From positions 1-38,697 of the forward strand of contig CAYYGZ010000010.1 of NCBI GenBank assembly GCA_964471275.1: a DNA stretch of 38,697 bases, in the 5' to 3' direction. A model generated the notes under the pieces. It saw only the letters and a program-made list of their open reading frames with translations. It searched no databases and was not told the DNA's origin. This DNA comes from an uncultured bacterium (GTDB lineage: Bacteria; Latescibacterota; UBA2968). Numbering within the stretch: position 1 is the first letter of the stretch; every line of letters begins with the position of its first letter. The position numbers and the translations under genes were made by a program. Of this stretch, positions 9,103 through 17,905 are shown in pieces.

Positions 9103-10320
9103 TTATGCCGCCTCCAGTTCACGGAGTCGCCTCGCGACGACCTCGCGAGCATGATCGTAGAAACAAAGGGCCATCGCCGCGGACAGCGGAATGAGGCAGA
9201 GGTCAGTGGGCACGCGGCCCTCGGGTGACGTGTAGAAAACGATCGTGTAGACCGTCCAGACCAGGAGAACCGACGCGACCACCTGACTGACCCGCTCTCT
9301 GCGATACCTGCAGATTCCGGCCAGCCCGAACGCCGTGACCGCGAATCCTGACAGGAAGTGCCCGAGCCGAATTCTGCGCGACACGTCCGGGACAACCGAG
9401 TTCCAGAGGGACCACATCTTCCGGAGACCCAGCTCTGCCGACCGGCCCGGTGCATCGGACACCCACTGCCAGACCGCCGCTGAACCCGTTCGCTCTTTCT
9501 GAACCGGATCGCCTTCGTCCATCGTCATCCGCTCATACATCCTGACGTAATCGCGACGCACATCTCTCGTTCCTCGGGCTCTCGGCTCGTGCCCGATCAA
9601 CAGCTGCAGACTCGTATCGTTCGGTACAAGAAGTCGGTATCCGGTCACCGTCTCGTTGCGAATCATCCACGGCACCAGCACGACGAGCAGCCCGCAGGCC
9701 AATGCCGCCAGCCGGTTGAGCGCATCGCCGATGCGCCCTCTGGTCGGATTCAGAATGACCAGACAGGTCACGAACGGAATCCAGACCAGCAGGACAAGAC
9801 CGGAAAGCGCGGCAACACCGGCCATTCCCCCAAGAATCAGGGCGCGACCGACCGTGGAATCCTCACTCATCCTCGTCGCCTGAAGACAGATCGCGACGAC
9901 CAGAAGAGCAACCAGGGCATCCGGGAGAAGAGACACGCTGCGCAGCAACCAGAGCGGGTAGAAAGCAGCAACAAGGGCCGCCAGAACGGGCACACGAGCA
10001 TCTCGCAACCGACGTGCAAGATGATAGACGAGCAGCGCCACTAGAGCGGACACGAATGCCTGAAGATACCGGACATACACAGTTTCGGTCCCGGCGACGG
10101 CGTAGATCATCGCGATCAGCAGCGGATATTCGGGCGCCCGATAGCTCGCCGCATCTTCTACACCCAGACAGTGAGTTGCGTAGACCAGTCCTTGCCTCTC
10201 CCTGTCCGCCTCGTCGGTCGTCAACGGCCACCGGTCTCTGTCGTGAGCCATAGCCACTCGCACGACCGTCGAAACCACCAGAATCGCGATAAGCCAGCGA
10301 TGTCTCTTGAGCCAGATCAC
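9103..10320 (-). CDS. ArnT/PMT-like GT-C membrane glycosyltransferase
   Basis: TM helix then DE dyad, YRAPEYP, VRYLQA, FYPLW, PWMIRN. Start set at GTG 10320 because the longer ORF runs into the divergent promoter and pduL. Confidence 0.72.
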   Translation of the reverse strand: MIWLKRHRWLIAILVVSTVVRVAMAHDRDRWPLTTDEADRERQGLVYATHCLGVEDAASYRAPEYPLLIAMIYAVAGTETVYVRYLQAFVSALVALLVYHLARRLRDARVPVLAALVAAFYPLWLLRSVSLLPDALVALLVVAICLQATRMSEDSTVGRALILGGMAGVAALSGLVLLVWIPFVTCLVILNPTRGRIGDALNRLAALACGLLVVLVPWMIRNETVTGYRLLVPNDTSLQLLIGHEPRARGTRDVRRDYVRMYERMTMDEGDPVQKERTGSAAVWQWVSDAPGRSAELGLRKMWSLWNSVVPDVSRRIRLGHFLSGFAVTAFGLAGICRYRRERVSQVVASVLLVWTVYTIVFYTSPEGRVPTDLCLIPLSAAMALCFYDHAREVVARRLRELEAA

Positions 10321-10489
10321 GCGACTAAGATATAGGTCTCTAGTTGTGAACACACGAAAAAACAAAACGTTGCACCTGTTCTTGAAGGGCACGCGATCTT
10401 GCCCAGGCTCGGGAGCACGATCCCGACCGTCCGGCCGTTTCCTCCCCGTGCTCCGGCCCAGACCAGTCACAGACGACCCCTCAATTCCC

Positions 10490-10518
10490 TTGACGATGCT
10501 GCTGCACACCTCTATGTT
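10490..10518 (+). promoter_or_regulatory. Putative sigma70 promoter of the BMC operon
   Basis: TTGACG-17 nt-TATGTT, 44 nt upstream of the pduL GTG. Confidence 0.7.
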
Positions 10519-10562
10519 TCGCGGCCCATTCACCACAACCGAACAAACCCCGAGAACCAGAC

Positions 10563-11288
10563 GTGCTCGCACCGACAATACAGAGCAACCAGAATCCCTC
10601 TTCGGCCTGCAACGACTGTAAGCTCTGCACAAAATGCTCGCACGATGCTCCCGGATCCGCTGGGATCGATATCGATCGCATCGTTGCCGAAGTTGTCGAC
10701 AGATTTGTCCCTCGTAAGGGCCTCACGGTCCCCGTCGGCGTTTCAGCCAGGCACTGCCACCTCAATGATGAAGCGCTGGCCATCCTCTTTGGTGAGGGCT
10801 ACCAGCTCAAGGTCTACAGGGACCTGTTTCAGTCAGGGGCCTTTGCAGCCGAGGAGATGATCTCCGTTGTGGGTCCGCGGTTGAGAGCCATCGAGCGTGT
10901 GCGCATACTGGGTCCCACAAGAGGCTACAACCAGGTTGAATTGGCCAGAACAGACGCAATCTACCTGGGCGTCGACCCGCCTGTAAGGGATTCGGGCGAC
11001 CTGGAAGGCGCGTGCCCCGTCACCTTCATCGGGCCCAAAGGCTCGATATCTGTCAACGGAGCCATCCGCGCGGCCCGACACATCCACCTATCCAACGCGG
11101 ACGTGCAGAGCATGGGACTGATTGGGAAAGATCGCGTGCGTGTCCAGGTCGGGGGTGAAAAGGGAGTCGTCTTCGACAACGTACGTCTGAAGATCGACGA
11201 CAGTTATCTCGTTGAGATCCACCTCGATACGGATGACGCAAACGCAGCCGAACTGGTCTGTGGTGACCAAGTCACGATCCTGGGCTGA
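10563..11288 (+). CDS. pduL: PduL-type phosphate propanoyl/acetyl transferase with N-terminal Cys4 motif and encapsulation peptide
   Basis: VGVSARHCHL, RILGP, QVELARTD, RDSGDL, AARHIH, EIHLDTDDANA; amphipathic IDRIVAEVVDRF helix. Confidence 0.92.
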   Translation: MLAPTIQSNQNPSSACNDCKLCTKCSHDAPGSAGIDIDRIVAEVVDRFVPRKGLTVPVGVSARHCHLNDEALAILFGEGYQLKVYRDLFQSGAFAAEEMISVVGPRLRAIERVRILGPTRGYNQVELARTDAIYLGVDPPVRDSGDLEGACPVTFIGPKGSISVNGAIRAARHIHLSNADVQSMGLIGKDRVRVQVGGEKGVVFDNVRLKIDDSYLVEIHLDTDDANAAELVCGDQVTILG

Positions 11289-11305
11289 GAACGTCCGGGT
11301 TGGAG

Positions 11306-11620
11306 ATGCGAGGAGAATTGGAAAAGGCGCTGGGATTGATCGAAACGTGCGGCCTGGTCGGTACCACGGAAGCAGCAGATGCCATGGTGAAGACCGCCCA
11401 CGTCGAGGTCGAGCGCTACGAGACCATTGGTGCCGGATTTACGACGTCGCTGATCCGAGGAGATCTCGCGTCAGTACAGGTTGCGGTTCTGGCCGGAGCC
11501 GAGGCCGCCCAACGTGTGGGGGAGCTCGTCGCCACTCACATCATACCCAGGCCTCACGCGGAAGTGCTGGCCTGTTTCGGCCTGCGAGATGGATCGGATC
11601 GCGCCCACGAGTCGGCGTAA
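11306..11620 (+). CDS. BMC-H hexameric shell protein (variant pore)
   Basis: ALGLIET.GLV...EAADAMVK, RGD...V..AV.AG, HIIPRPH; start uncertain (11300/11306/11318). Confidence 0.92.
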   Translation: MRGELEKALGLIETCGLVGTTEAADAMVKTAHVEVERYETIGAGFTTSLIRGDLASVQVAVLAGAEAAQRVGELVATHIIPRPHAEVLACFGLRDGSDRAHESA

Positions 11621-13013
11621 ACTCGATCTGGCCTGTGTGGCGCTGGGTGCGCCGCTCACCGCCCTCTACAGCCGCGTCAACGTAGACGACCCGTTCATCA
11701 CGTTCCGATACGCGTGGAACCTAGCGAATGGGAACGGACTCGTTTTCAACACGGGCGAGCGCGTGCTCGGGACGACCTCGCCGCTGTTTGCGGTCCTGCT
11801 CGGTCTGCTTTCAAGCAGCAGAGAGGCGATCCCTTATGTTGCTCACGCAGCCAGCGGGATGGCCCTGATCGGTGTTGCGCTCCTGGTCTCCCGTTTTACG
11901 GCACGGTTGACGGAAGAGAGCAAACCGGCTGCCTCGTTTGTCGCACCGTTTTTCGTGCTCACAAGCCCGCTGCTTGCCGAGACGCAGGGGTTCGAACTCA
12001 ACCTCTTCCTGCTCTTCGCTCTCGCGGGAATCGCCGCACTTGTGAAGCGACGAGCCGGTTGGGCGGGCGGGCTGATCGCGGCCGCCGCGCTCTTCCGCGG
12101 GGACGGATTTCTGCTCGGCGCGATGGGCGGTGCATACCTGATCGGGTCGAGGTCACGCGACTGGCGCAGATTCGCTATCGCTTTCGGGCTGCCGGCCGCG
12201 CTCTTCGCCGTCTCGGCATGGGGATACTACGGAGCCCCCCTTCCCAGCACGCTGGCCGCAAAGCGCGCGATGGGCGAGAGTGGACTCTGGCGCGGGTATG
12301 CCTTCGGGGGACTCCGACTCGCAGCGATCTATGTTCTGCAGTCGCCTGTTTATGCTGTGCTTGTTCCCGTGATCCTCACCGGCCTCTGGCGAATTTGGAC
12401 CGGGGCTAAACGGACTGAGACGGTGTTCTACGTTGTTTGGGCCGGGCTCGTCTCCATCATCTACGTGGCGATGGGGATCCCGTCCGCCTTCAACTACTAC
12501 GGTCTCTGGATACCGGTTCTTGCGATTCTGCTGGGACTGGGTACGCACGTCCTGATCGAGCGGGTTCGGTATCATAGCCTCATTGTCGTAGTGGTGATCA
12601 TCCTGACGAGCGTGTCACAGCTCTGGCCCTCTCGCAAGCTCATCGCCGACGTTCCCGGAGAGCGTTATGTCGCCTACCGGGCTTGTGCGGAGCAGTTGGC
12701 TCGCGAGATCCCACCGGATGCTACGGTTGCGATGATCGAAATCGGGATCCTGTCGCATTTCTCGGGGGTACGCATTCTGGACCTCGTCGGTCTGGTTCAT
12801 CCCGAGATCGGACCTCATCTGGCGACGGGCGACGTCGCCTGGCCGGTCAGCGAGTACAAACCTGAGTTTGTGCTGCTTCACGACCCGCCCTGGCGATCGA
12901 TTGAAACTGGACTGGTCTCGGCCGAATGGTTTGACCGGACCTACACCCGTCAAACGGTATACGAAGGACCTGAACCCTACAAGCTGGTCCTCTACAAGCG
13001 AGTCACACCGTAG
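11589..13013 (+). CDS. AftB-like GT-C membrane glycosyltransferase
   Basis: DDPFITFRYAWNLANGNGLVFNTGERVLGTTSPLF, LFRGDG, YYGAPLPST..AK, C-terminal EIGILSHFS..RILDLVGLV; about 10 or more TM segments. Start set at ATG 11589. Confidence 0.75.
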   Translation: MDRIAPTSRRKLDLACVALGAPLTALYSRVNVDDPFITFRYAWNLANGNGLVFNTGERVLGTTSPLFAVLLGLLSSSREAIPYVAHAASGMALIGVALLVSRFTARLTEESKPAASFVAPFFVLTSPLLAETQGFELNLFLLFALAGIAALVKRRAGWAGGLIAAAALFRGDGFLLGAMGGAYLIGSRSRDWRRFAIAFGLPAALFAVSAWGYYGAPLPSTLAAKRAMGESGLWRGYAFGGLRLAAIYVLQSPVYAVLVPVILTGLWRIWTGAKRTETVFYVVWAGLVSIIYVAMGIPSAFNYYGLWIPVLAILLGLGTHVLIERVRYHSLIVVVVIILTSVSQLWPSRKLIADVPGERYVAYRACAEQLAREIPPDATVAMIEIGILSHFSGVRILDLVGLVHPEIGPHLATGDVAWPVSEYKPEFVLLHDPPWRSIETGLVSAEWFDRTYTRQTVYEGPEPYKLVLYKRVTP

Positions 13014-13079
13014 CGAAATACAACCTGCGCACAGACAAGACGTCTGACGCATTCACGTAACATCAGAGGAGAGTGCATC

Positions 13080-13361
13080 ATGGGTGAAGCCCTCGGAATG
13101 ATCGAAACCAAGGGTCTCGTCGGATTGGTCGAAGCGTCTGACGCGATGGTGAAAGCTGCAAACGTCCAGCTCGTCGGCTGGGAAAAGATCGGTGCCGGAT
13201 ACGTGACCGCCATGGTCCGTGGCGATGTGGCGGCCGTCAAAGCCGCGACAGACGCGGGCGCAGCAGCGGCCGGCAAGATCGGCGAACTCGTCTCGGTCCA
13301 CGTCATCCCGCGACCGCACAGCAGCCTCGAGGAACTCCTCCCCGTCGGGAAGGCCTCCTAG
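13080..13361 (+). CDS. BMC-H major shell protein (PduA/EutM-like)
   Basis: Canonical [41 protein letters not shown]; strong RBS GAGGAG. Confidence 0.97.
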   Translation: MGEALGMIETKGLVGLVEASDAMVKAANVQLVGWEKIGAGYVTAMVRGDVAAVKAATDAGAAAAGKIGELVSVHVIPRPHSSLEELLPVGKAS

Positions 13362-13384
13362 TCGACTAGAAAGCGGAGAACCAC

Positions 13385-13675
13385 ATGACACTCGGAAGAG
13401 TTGTCGGAACAGTCGTTGCTACCCAGAAAGACCCGGGACTCACAGGATTCAAACTACAGGTCGTCCAGAACGTTGACATCGAGACGATGGAACCCGCATC
13501 CGGGTTCGTCGTCGCGGTAGACGCGGTTGGCGCTGGAGAGGGCGAGATGGTCCTGTGCTGCAGCGGCAGCTCCGCACGCATGACGGGCACAACCGAAGAG
13601 CGACCGGTAGATGCGGTCATCGTTGCGATCGTCGATTCGACCGAGCTCAACGGAACGTCCGTTTACGAAAAATGA
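13385..13675 (+). CDS. BMC-P vertex protein (EutN/CcmL family)
   Basis: GRVVGTVVATQK, VAVDAVGAGEGE.VL...GSSAR, PVDAVIVAIVD. Confidence 0.95.
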   Translation: MTLGRVVGTVVATQKDPGLTGFKLQVVQNVDIETMEPASGFVVAVDAVGAGEGEMVLCCSGSSARMTGTTEERPVDAVIVAIVDSTELNGTSVYEK

Positions 13676-13715
13676 GAGCCCGATGGCTCTCGTGCAAGAA
13701 GGGATTCCCCTGGCT

Positions 13716-15164
13716 ATGAACCTCGACGAAGCGCAAATCAGGTCTGTCGTCGAAAACGTGGTGCGCAATCTGTCTTCCCCACCGGCACCTGGCACCTCTT
13801 CGGCTCCGGCGATTGTTCGCTCGAGCGGAACGACGGCCCGTGGAGATGACGGGATCTTCGACACGCTCGATGACGCCGTCAGCGCGGCAAAGACGGCTCA
13901 GCGTGACCTGGAGGCGTTGAGCCTCGAGGTCCGGCGCAACATCATCGCGAACATGCGGGAGACGGCGCTCGAACACGCACGCGGGATCTCGCAGCAGACA
14001 CGCGAAGAGACCGGAATGGGGCGCGTGCCTCACAAGATCCGGAAATTCGAAGTCGTGGCTCGCGAGACACCGGGTGTGGAGGATCTGGAACAGACGGCGT
14101 GGACGGGTGATCACGGACTGACCGTTGTCGAGATGGCGCCCTTCGGTGTCGTTGCGGCCGTAACACCTTCGACGCATCCGGTGCCCACGACCCTCAACAA
14201 CGCCATAAGTCTGATCTCGGCCGGCAATTCGGCGGTCTTCGCCCCGCATCCCGCCGCAAAGACGATCTCCGCCCTGGGGATTCAGATCATCAACCAGGGC
14301 ATTGCCCAAGCGGGGGGACCTCCGAACCTCCTGGTCGCCGTTCGCGAGCCGACCATCGAGACGGCTCAGGCCCTGTTTACCCATCAGGATGTCGACCTGC
14401 TCTTGATAACGGGTGGCGGCGGCGTCGTGAACGCCGCGATGAAAGCGCCCAAACGCGCGATCTGCGCCGGCCCGGGCAACCCGCCCGTCGTGGTCGACGA
14501 AACGGCTGATCTGGCCAAAGCGGCCGCTGACACGGTCTCGGGAGGCGCCTTCGACAACAACATCCTGTGCATCGGGGAAAAGGAAGTCTTCGTCGTGCAG
14601 AGCGTTGCGGATGAATTCAAACGCGAGATCCTTGCGAGTAACTGCGTGGAGTTGGACCGCGGCCAGATCGATCGGCTCGCGGACCTGGCGTTCCCGACAG
14701 ATGCGAGCGGAAATTGGGGCATGAATCGCGAATTCGTCGGCCGAAACGCCAGCGTCCTGGCAGGTGCCATCGGGCTTTCGGCCTCGGATGATGTCGACAT
14801 GCTTGTCGGCGAAGTCGACTTTGGACATCCGTTCGTGATGCGGGAGCAGATGATGCCGTTCCTCCCGATCGTGCGCGTTCCCGACGTCAACACCGGGATC
14901 GATATGGCCGTAGAGGCCGAGCACGGCTATCGGCACACCGCGGTCATGCACTCCAAGAACGTCGAGAGCATGACCACGATGGCGCGCAAGTGCCGTTGCA
15001 CCCTGTTCATCAAGAACGGCCCGTCCACAGCCGGTCTGGGTGTCGGGGGTGAGGGCTACACGTCTTTCTCGATCGCCACACCCACAGGTGAAGGCGTTAC
15101 GTCGGCACGAACGTTCACACGCCAGCGTCGATGCACACTCGTCGATTATTTTCGGATCGTCTGA
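13716..15164 (+). CDS. CoA-acylating aldehyde dehydrogenase (EutE/PduP family) with N-terminal encapsulation peptide
   Basis: LDEAQIRSVVENVVRNL helix plus Pro/Ser linker; ETGMGR, PSTHP, TGGGGVV, AGPGNPP, FDNNILCIGEK (catalytic Cys), EQMMP, EHGYRH, TPTGEG. Alternative start 13683. Confidence 0.95.
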   Translation: MNLDEAQIRSVVENVVRNLSSPPAPGTSSAPAIVRSSGTTARGDDGIFDTLDDAVSAAKTAQRDLEALSLEVRRNIIANMRETALEHARGISQQTREETGMGRVPHKIRKFEVVARETPGVEDLEQTAWTGDHGLTVVEMAPFGVVAAVTPSTHPVPTTLNNAISLISAGNSAVFAPHPAAKTISALGIQIINQGIAQAGGPPNLLVAVREPTIETAQALFTHQDVDLLLITGGGGVVNAAMKAPKRAICAGPGNPPVVVDETADLAKAAADTVSGGAFDNNILCIGEKEVFVVQSVADEFKREILASNCVELDRGQIDRLADLAFPTDASGNWGMNREFVGRNASVLAGAIGLSASDDVDMLVGEVDFGHPFVMREQMMPFLPIVRVPDVNTGIDMAVEAEHGYRHTAVMHSKNVESMTTMARKCRCTLFIKNGPSTAGLGVGGEGYTSFSIATPTGEGVTSARTFTRQRRCTLVDYFRIV

Positions 15165-15427
15165 TGCAGCTGGCTGAGGTCATCGGACGTGTCGTCGCGA
15201 CACGCAAGGATCCGGCCCTTCGCGGGCTCCGACTCCTTGTGATCCAGCCGATGACCCACACCCGGGCACCGGCTGGGAAGCCGATCGTCGCGATCGACAC
15301 GGTCAGCGCCGGAAGGGGTGAGACGATCTACTGGGTCGGCTCCAGAGAGGCCCCGAACGCGTTGCCGAAGAAATACGGACCCGTGGATGCGGCAATCGTC
15401 GGCATCGCGGATCATGTTGACACCTAG
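15164..15427 (+). CDS. BMC-P vertex protein (EutN/CcmL family)
   Basis: MQLAEVIGRVVATRK, VAIDTVSAG.GE, GSREA, PVDAAIVGI; TGATG coupling with aldehyde dehydrogenase. Confidence 0.93.
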   Translation: MQLAEVIGRVVATRKDPALRGLRLLVIQPMTHTRAPAGKPIVAIDTVSAGRGETIYWVGSREAPNALPKKYGPVDAAIVGIADHVDT

Positions 15428-15466
15428 AACGGGCTGTTTCTGCCCGCAAGACGAAGAGAACCCGGA

Positions 15467-15805
15467 ATGTTCCTGGCACGCGTAGCTGGCACAGTCGTCT
15501 CAACGATCAAACACGACGCCTATGCCGGGACAAAGTTGATGCTGGTCCAGCCGATCACACCCGAGGGTGAGGACACGAGCGACTCGCTCCTTGCCGTCGA
15601 CACGGTTGGGGCCGGGGTCGGCGAGAAAGTGGTCGTCCTCAGACAGGGTGCCGCAGCCGCCCAGGTCCTGGACCTAGACCGTCCTCCAATCAGATCGGTC
15701 ATAGCAGGCATCGTTGATGAAGTGCAAACCGGAACACTTGATTGTTCGCTTGAGTGTCTACCTGAGCTCTGCCCCAAGAACTCCGATTCCCACGCAGATA
15801 AATGA
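15467..15805 (+). CDS. BMC-P vertex protein (EutN/CcmL family) with Cys-containing C-terminal tail
   Basis: MFLARVAGTVVSTIK, AVDTVGAGVGE, QGAAA, PIRSVIAGIVD; ATGA coupling to the aldolase. Confidence 0.93.
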   Translation: MFLARVAGTVVSTIKHDAYAGTKLMLVQPITPEGEDTSDSLLAVDTVGAGVGEKVVVLRQGAAAAQVLDLDRPPIRSVIAGIVDEVQTGTLDCSLECLPELCPKNSDSHADK

Positions 15806-16635
15806 ACCTACAAGAAGCCAAACGTGACATCATCGAAGCCGCTCGGCGAGTGTATCAGCAAGGCTACGTCGCCTCCAACGACGGGAACCTCTCTTGCCGG
15901 CTGGACGAAGACCGTATTCTCGCGACTCCTACGGGCATGTCGAAGGGATTTCTCGAACTCTCCGACCTTGTTCTCGTGGATTTCGAAGGCAAGAAGATCA
16001 GCGGCTCGAGGAATCCGTCGTCCGAAATCGGAATGCACATCTTTCTGTATCGTGAGCGGCCGGACATAAACGCGGTCGTCCACGCGCACCCCCCCACCGC
16101 GACCGGGTTTTCGGTCGCCGGTATCCCCCTGACCGAGTGTGTGCTGCCCGAGGTGGTCATCACCCTCGGCGCAATCCCGATCGCCGGATACGGGACACCG
16201 GGAGGCCCTGAAATCGCCGAGCCAATCCGAAAATGGGTTCAGGATTACGATGCCTACCTGCTCGAGAATCACGGCGCGACGACAATCGGCACAGATGTGA
16301 TGAACGCCTACTACAAGATGGAAACGATGGAGCATTTCGCGAAGATCCTCTTCGTCGCGAAACAGCTGGGCGGTGTCAATCTGCTGGACGAACAGCAGGT
16401 CGCGGATCTGATCAAGATTCGAGAACGAATGGGTCTACGGGGGCCATCCCCCGCGTGCGATTGGACGCAGGGCGTGAGCCAGATCCAGCCGGCCAATACA
16501 GGCGGTGGCACACCCACGCTGAATACGCCGAGCGCGAGAGCGACGGCGGGCCAGGCTTCTAATGGTGCACCGTCGCAGGATATGATCGCCGAGATCACCC
16601 ATCGCGTGATGGAAGAACTGAACAAGCGAGCGTAG
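15802..16635 (+). CDS. Class II aldolase/adducin family (fuculose/rhamnulose-phosphate aldolase-like) with C-terminal encapsulation peptide
   Basis: NDGNLS, TPTGMSKG, PSSE..MH, VVHAHPP, LLENHG (Zn ligands); low-complexity linker then DMIAEITHRVMEEL helix. Confidence 0.92.
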   Translation: MNLQEAKRDIIEAARRVYQQGYVASNDGNLSCRLDEDRILATPTGMSKGFLELSDLVLVDFEGKKISGSRNPSSEIGMHIFLYRERPDINAVVHAHPPTATGFSVAGIPLTECVLPEVVITLGAIPIAGYGTPGGPEIAEPIRKWVQDYDAYLLENHGATTIGTDVMNAYYKMETMEHFAKILFVAKQLGGVNLLDEQQVADLIKIRERMGLRGPSPACDWTQGVSQIQPANTGGGTPTLNTPSARATAGQASNGAPSQDMIAEITHRVMEELNKRA

Positions 16636-16671
16636 ACTTCCAGACACGGCCCTGTCAGGGTATACTTCAGG

Positions 16672-16706
16672 AAGAGACCGGATTCGTTCGGTCTCTTTAT
16701 TATTTT
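16672..16706 (+). terminator. Rho-independent terminator-like hairpin between aldolase and ackA
   Basis: AAGAGACCG / CGGTCTCTT stem followed by TATTATTTT. Confidence 0.65.
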
Positions 16707-16720
16707 AGCAACGGAAACGG

Positions 16721-17905
16721 ATGATGAAGATTCTGATCGCGAACGTCGGTAGTACATCCTTCAAATACAAGCTCTACGTCAATGACCTTGTGGCCGCTCA
16801 CGGCCGACTCGAGCGGATCGGTGACAGCCATTCTCCTCAGCAGTACTGTGTCGGTGAGGACTGCAGAGAAACGGAGACGGCCCTTCCTGATTATGCGTCG
16901 GCGGTGCGGTCCGTGCTCGATCACCTGACGGGCAGCGTCCTGCGTTCGGTCCAGGATCTGGACGCAATCGGATTCAAAACCGTTCACCTCCGGGGCACGG
17001 CGGGAACGCTCGAACTGACCGAAGATGTGCTCCAGCGGATGGCCGATTACAACGATCTCGCCCCCGCTCACAACCCGCCATACATAGAGGCAATTCGCAT
17101 CTTTCGAGAACTCGAGCCGGGGCTCCGACTGATCGGACTGTTCGAACCCGCATTTCACACGACCATACCTGACTACGCTTACATGTACAGTGTGCCTTAC
17201 AGCTGGTACGAAGCGTATGGCGTACGGAAGTACGGCTTCCACGGCGCGTCCCACCGATACGTGTCCGAGAGAATCCCCGGACTCACCGGCAGACCGGCGG
17301 AAGGACTGCGCATCGTCTCCTGTCACCTGGGTGGCAGTTCATCACTCTGCGCGATCTGTGATGGCGAATCCCGCGACACCACCATGGGGTTCAGTCCCCA
17401 GGAGGGAGTCATCAACGCCACGAGAATCGGATCGATCGATCCGTTCATCATACCGCACATCATGGACAGGGAGAACCTGTCTACTGATGAGATCCGCACG
17501 ATCCTGAACAGTCAGAGCGGCCTGCTCGGCCTGTCGGGGATCAGCGGCGACATGCGCGACCTGCAGGATGCGGCGGATGAAGGAAACGACAGGGCGAGAC
17601 TCGCGATCGAAGCGTACGGCTACTCCGTTCGAAGAGAGATCGGCGCCATGGTCACGGCGATCGGCGGGCTCGACGTGCTCGCCTTCGCCGGGGGCATAGG
17701 CGAGCGGTCACCTCGAGTCCGGTCGCTCGTGTGCGCCGGGCTGGAGCACCTAGGGATCCGCTTGGACGAAACCCGGAATGATTCGGGCCCCGACGAACGG
17801 AAGATCTCCTCACTGGACAGCCCGGCCGATGCCTACATCGTTACCGCAGACGAAGAGTGCGTCGTTGCACGAGCCGTGGCAGAATACCTTGAGAATACCG
17901 CGTGA
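16721..17905 (+). CDS. ackA: Acetate/propionate kinase
   Basis: NVGSTSFKY, LAPAHNP, FEPAFH.TIP, RKYGFHGASH, CHLGGSSS, TTMGFSP.EG, FAGGIGE, ADEE. Confidence 0.93.
   Translation: MMKILIANVGSTSFKYKLYVNDLVAAHGRLERIGDSHSPQQYCVGEDCRETETALPDYASAVRSVLDHLTGSVLRSVQDLDAIGFKTVHLRGTAGTLELTEDVLQRMADYNDLAPAHNPPYIEAIRIFRELEPGLRLIGLFEPAFHTTIPDYAYMYSVPYSWYEAYGVRKYGFHGASHRYVSERIPGLTGRPAEGLRIVSCHLGGSSSLCAICDGESRDTTMGFSPQEGVINATRIGSIDPFIIPHIMDRENLSTDEIRTILNSQSGLLGLSGISGDMRDLQDAADEGNDRARLAIEAYGYSVRREIGAMVTAIGGLDVLAFAGGIGERSPRVRSLVCAGLEHLGIRLDETRNDSGPDERKISSLDSPADAYIVTADEECVVARAVAEYLENTA

Noticed and set aside
10321..10632. N-terminal extension of the 509-aa ORF (also the extended starts at 9455, 11481, 13611, 19548, 29308)
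   Set aside because: They run through promoters or neighbouring genes; downstream starts fit domain boundaries and, in most cases, an RBS better
13647..14951. 434-aa minus-strand ORF antisense to the aldehyde dehydrogenase
   Set aside because: Mirror-frame artefact of codon bias; the plus-strand gene is unambiguous
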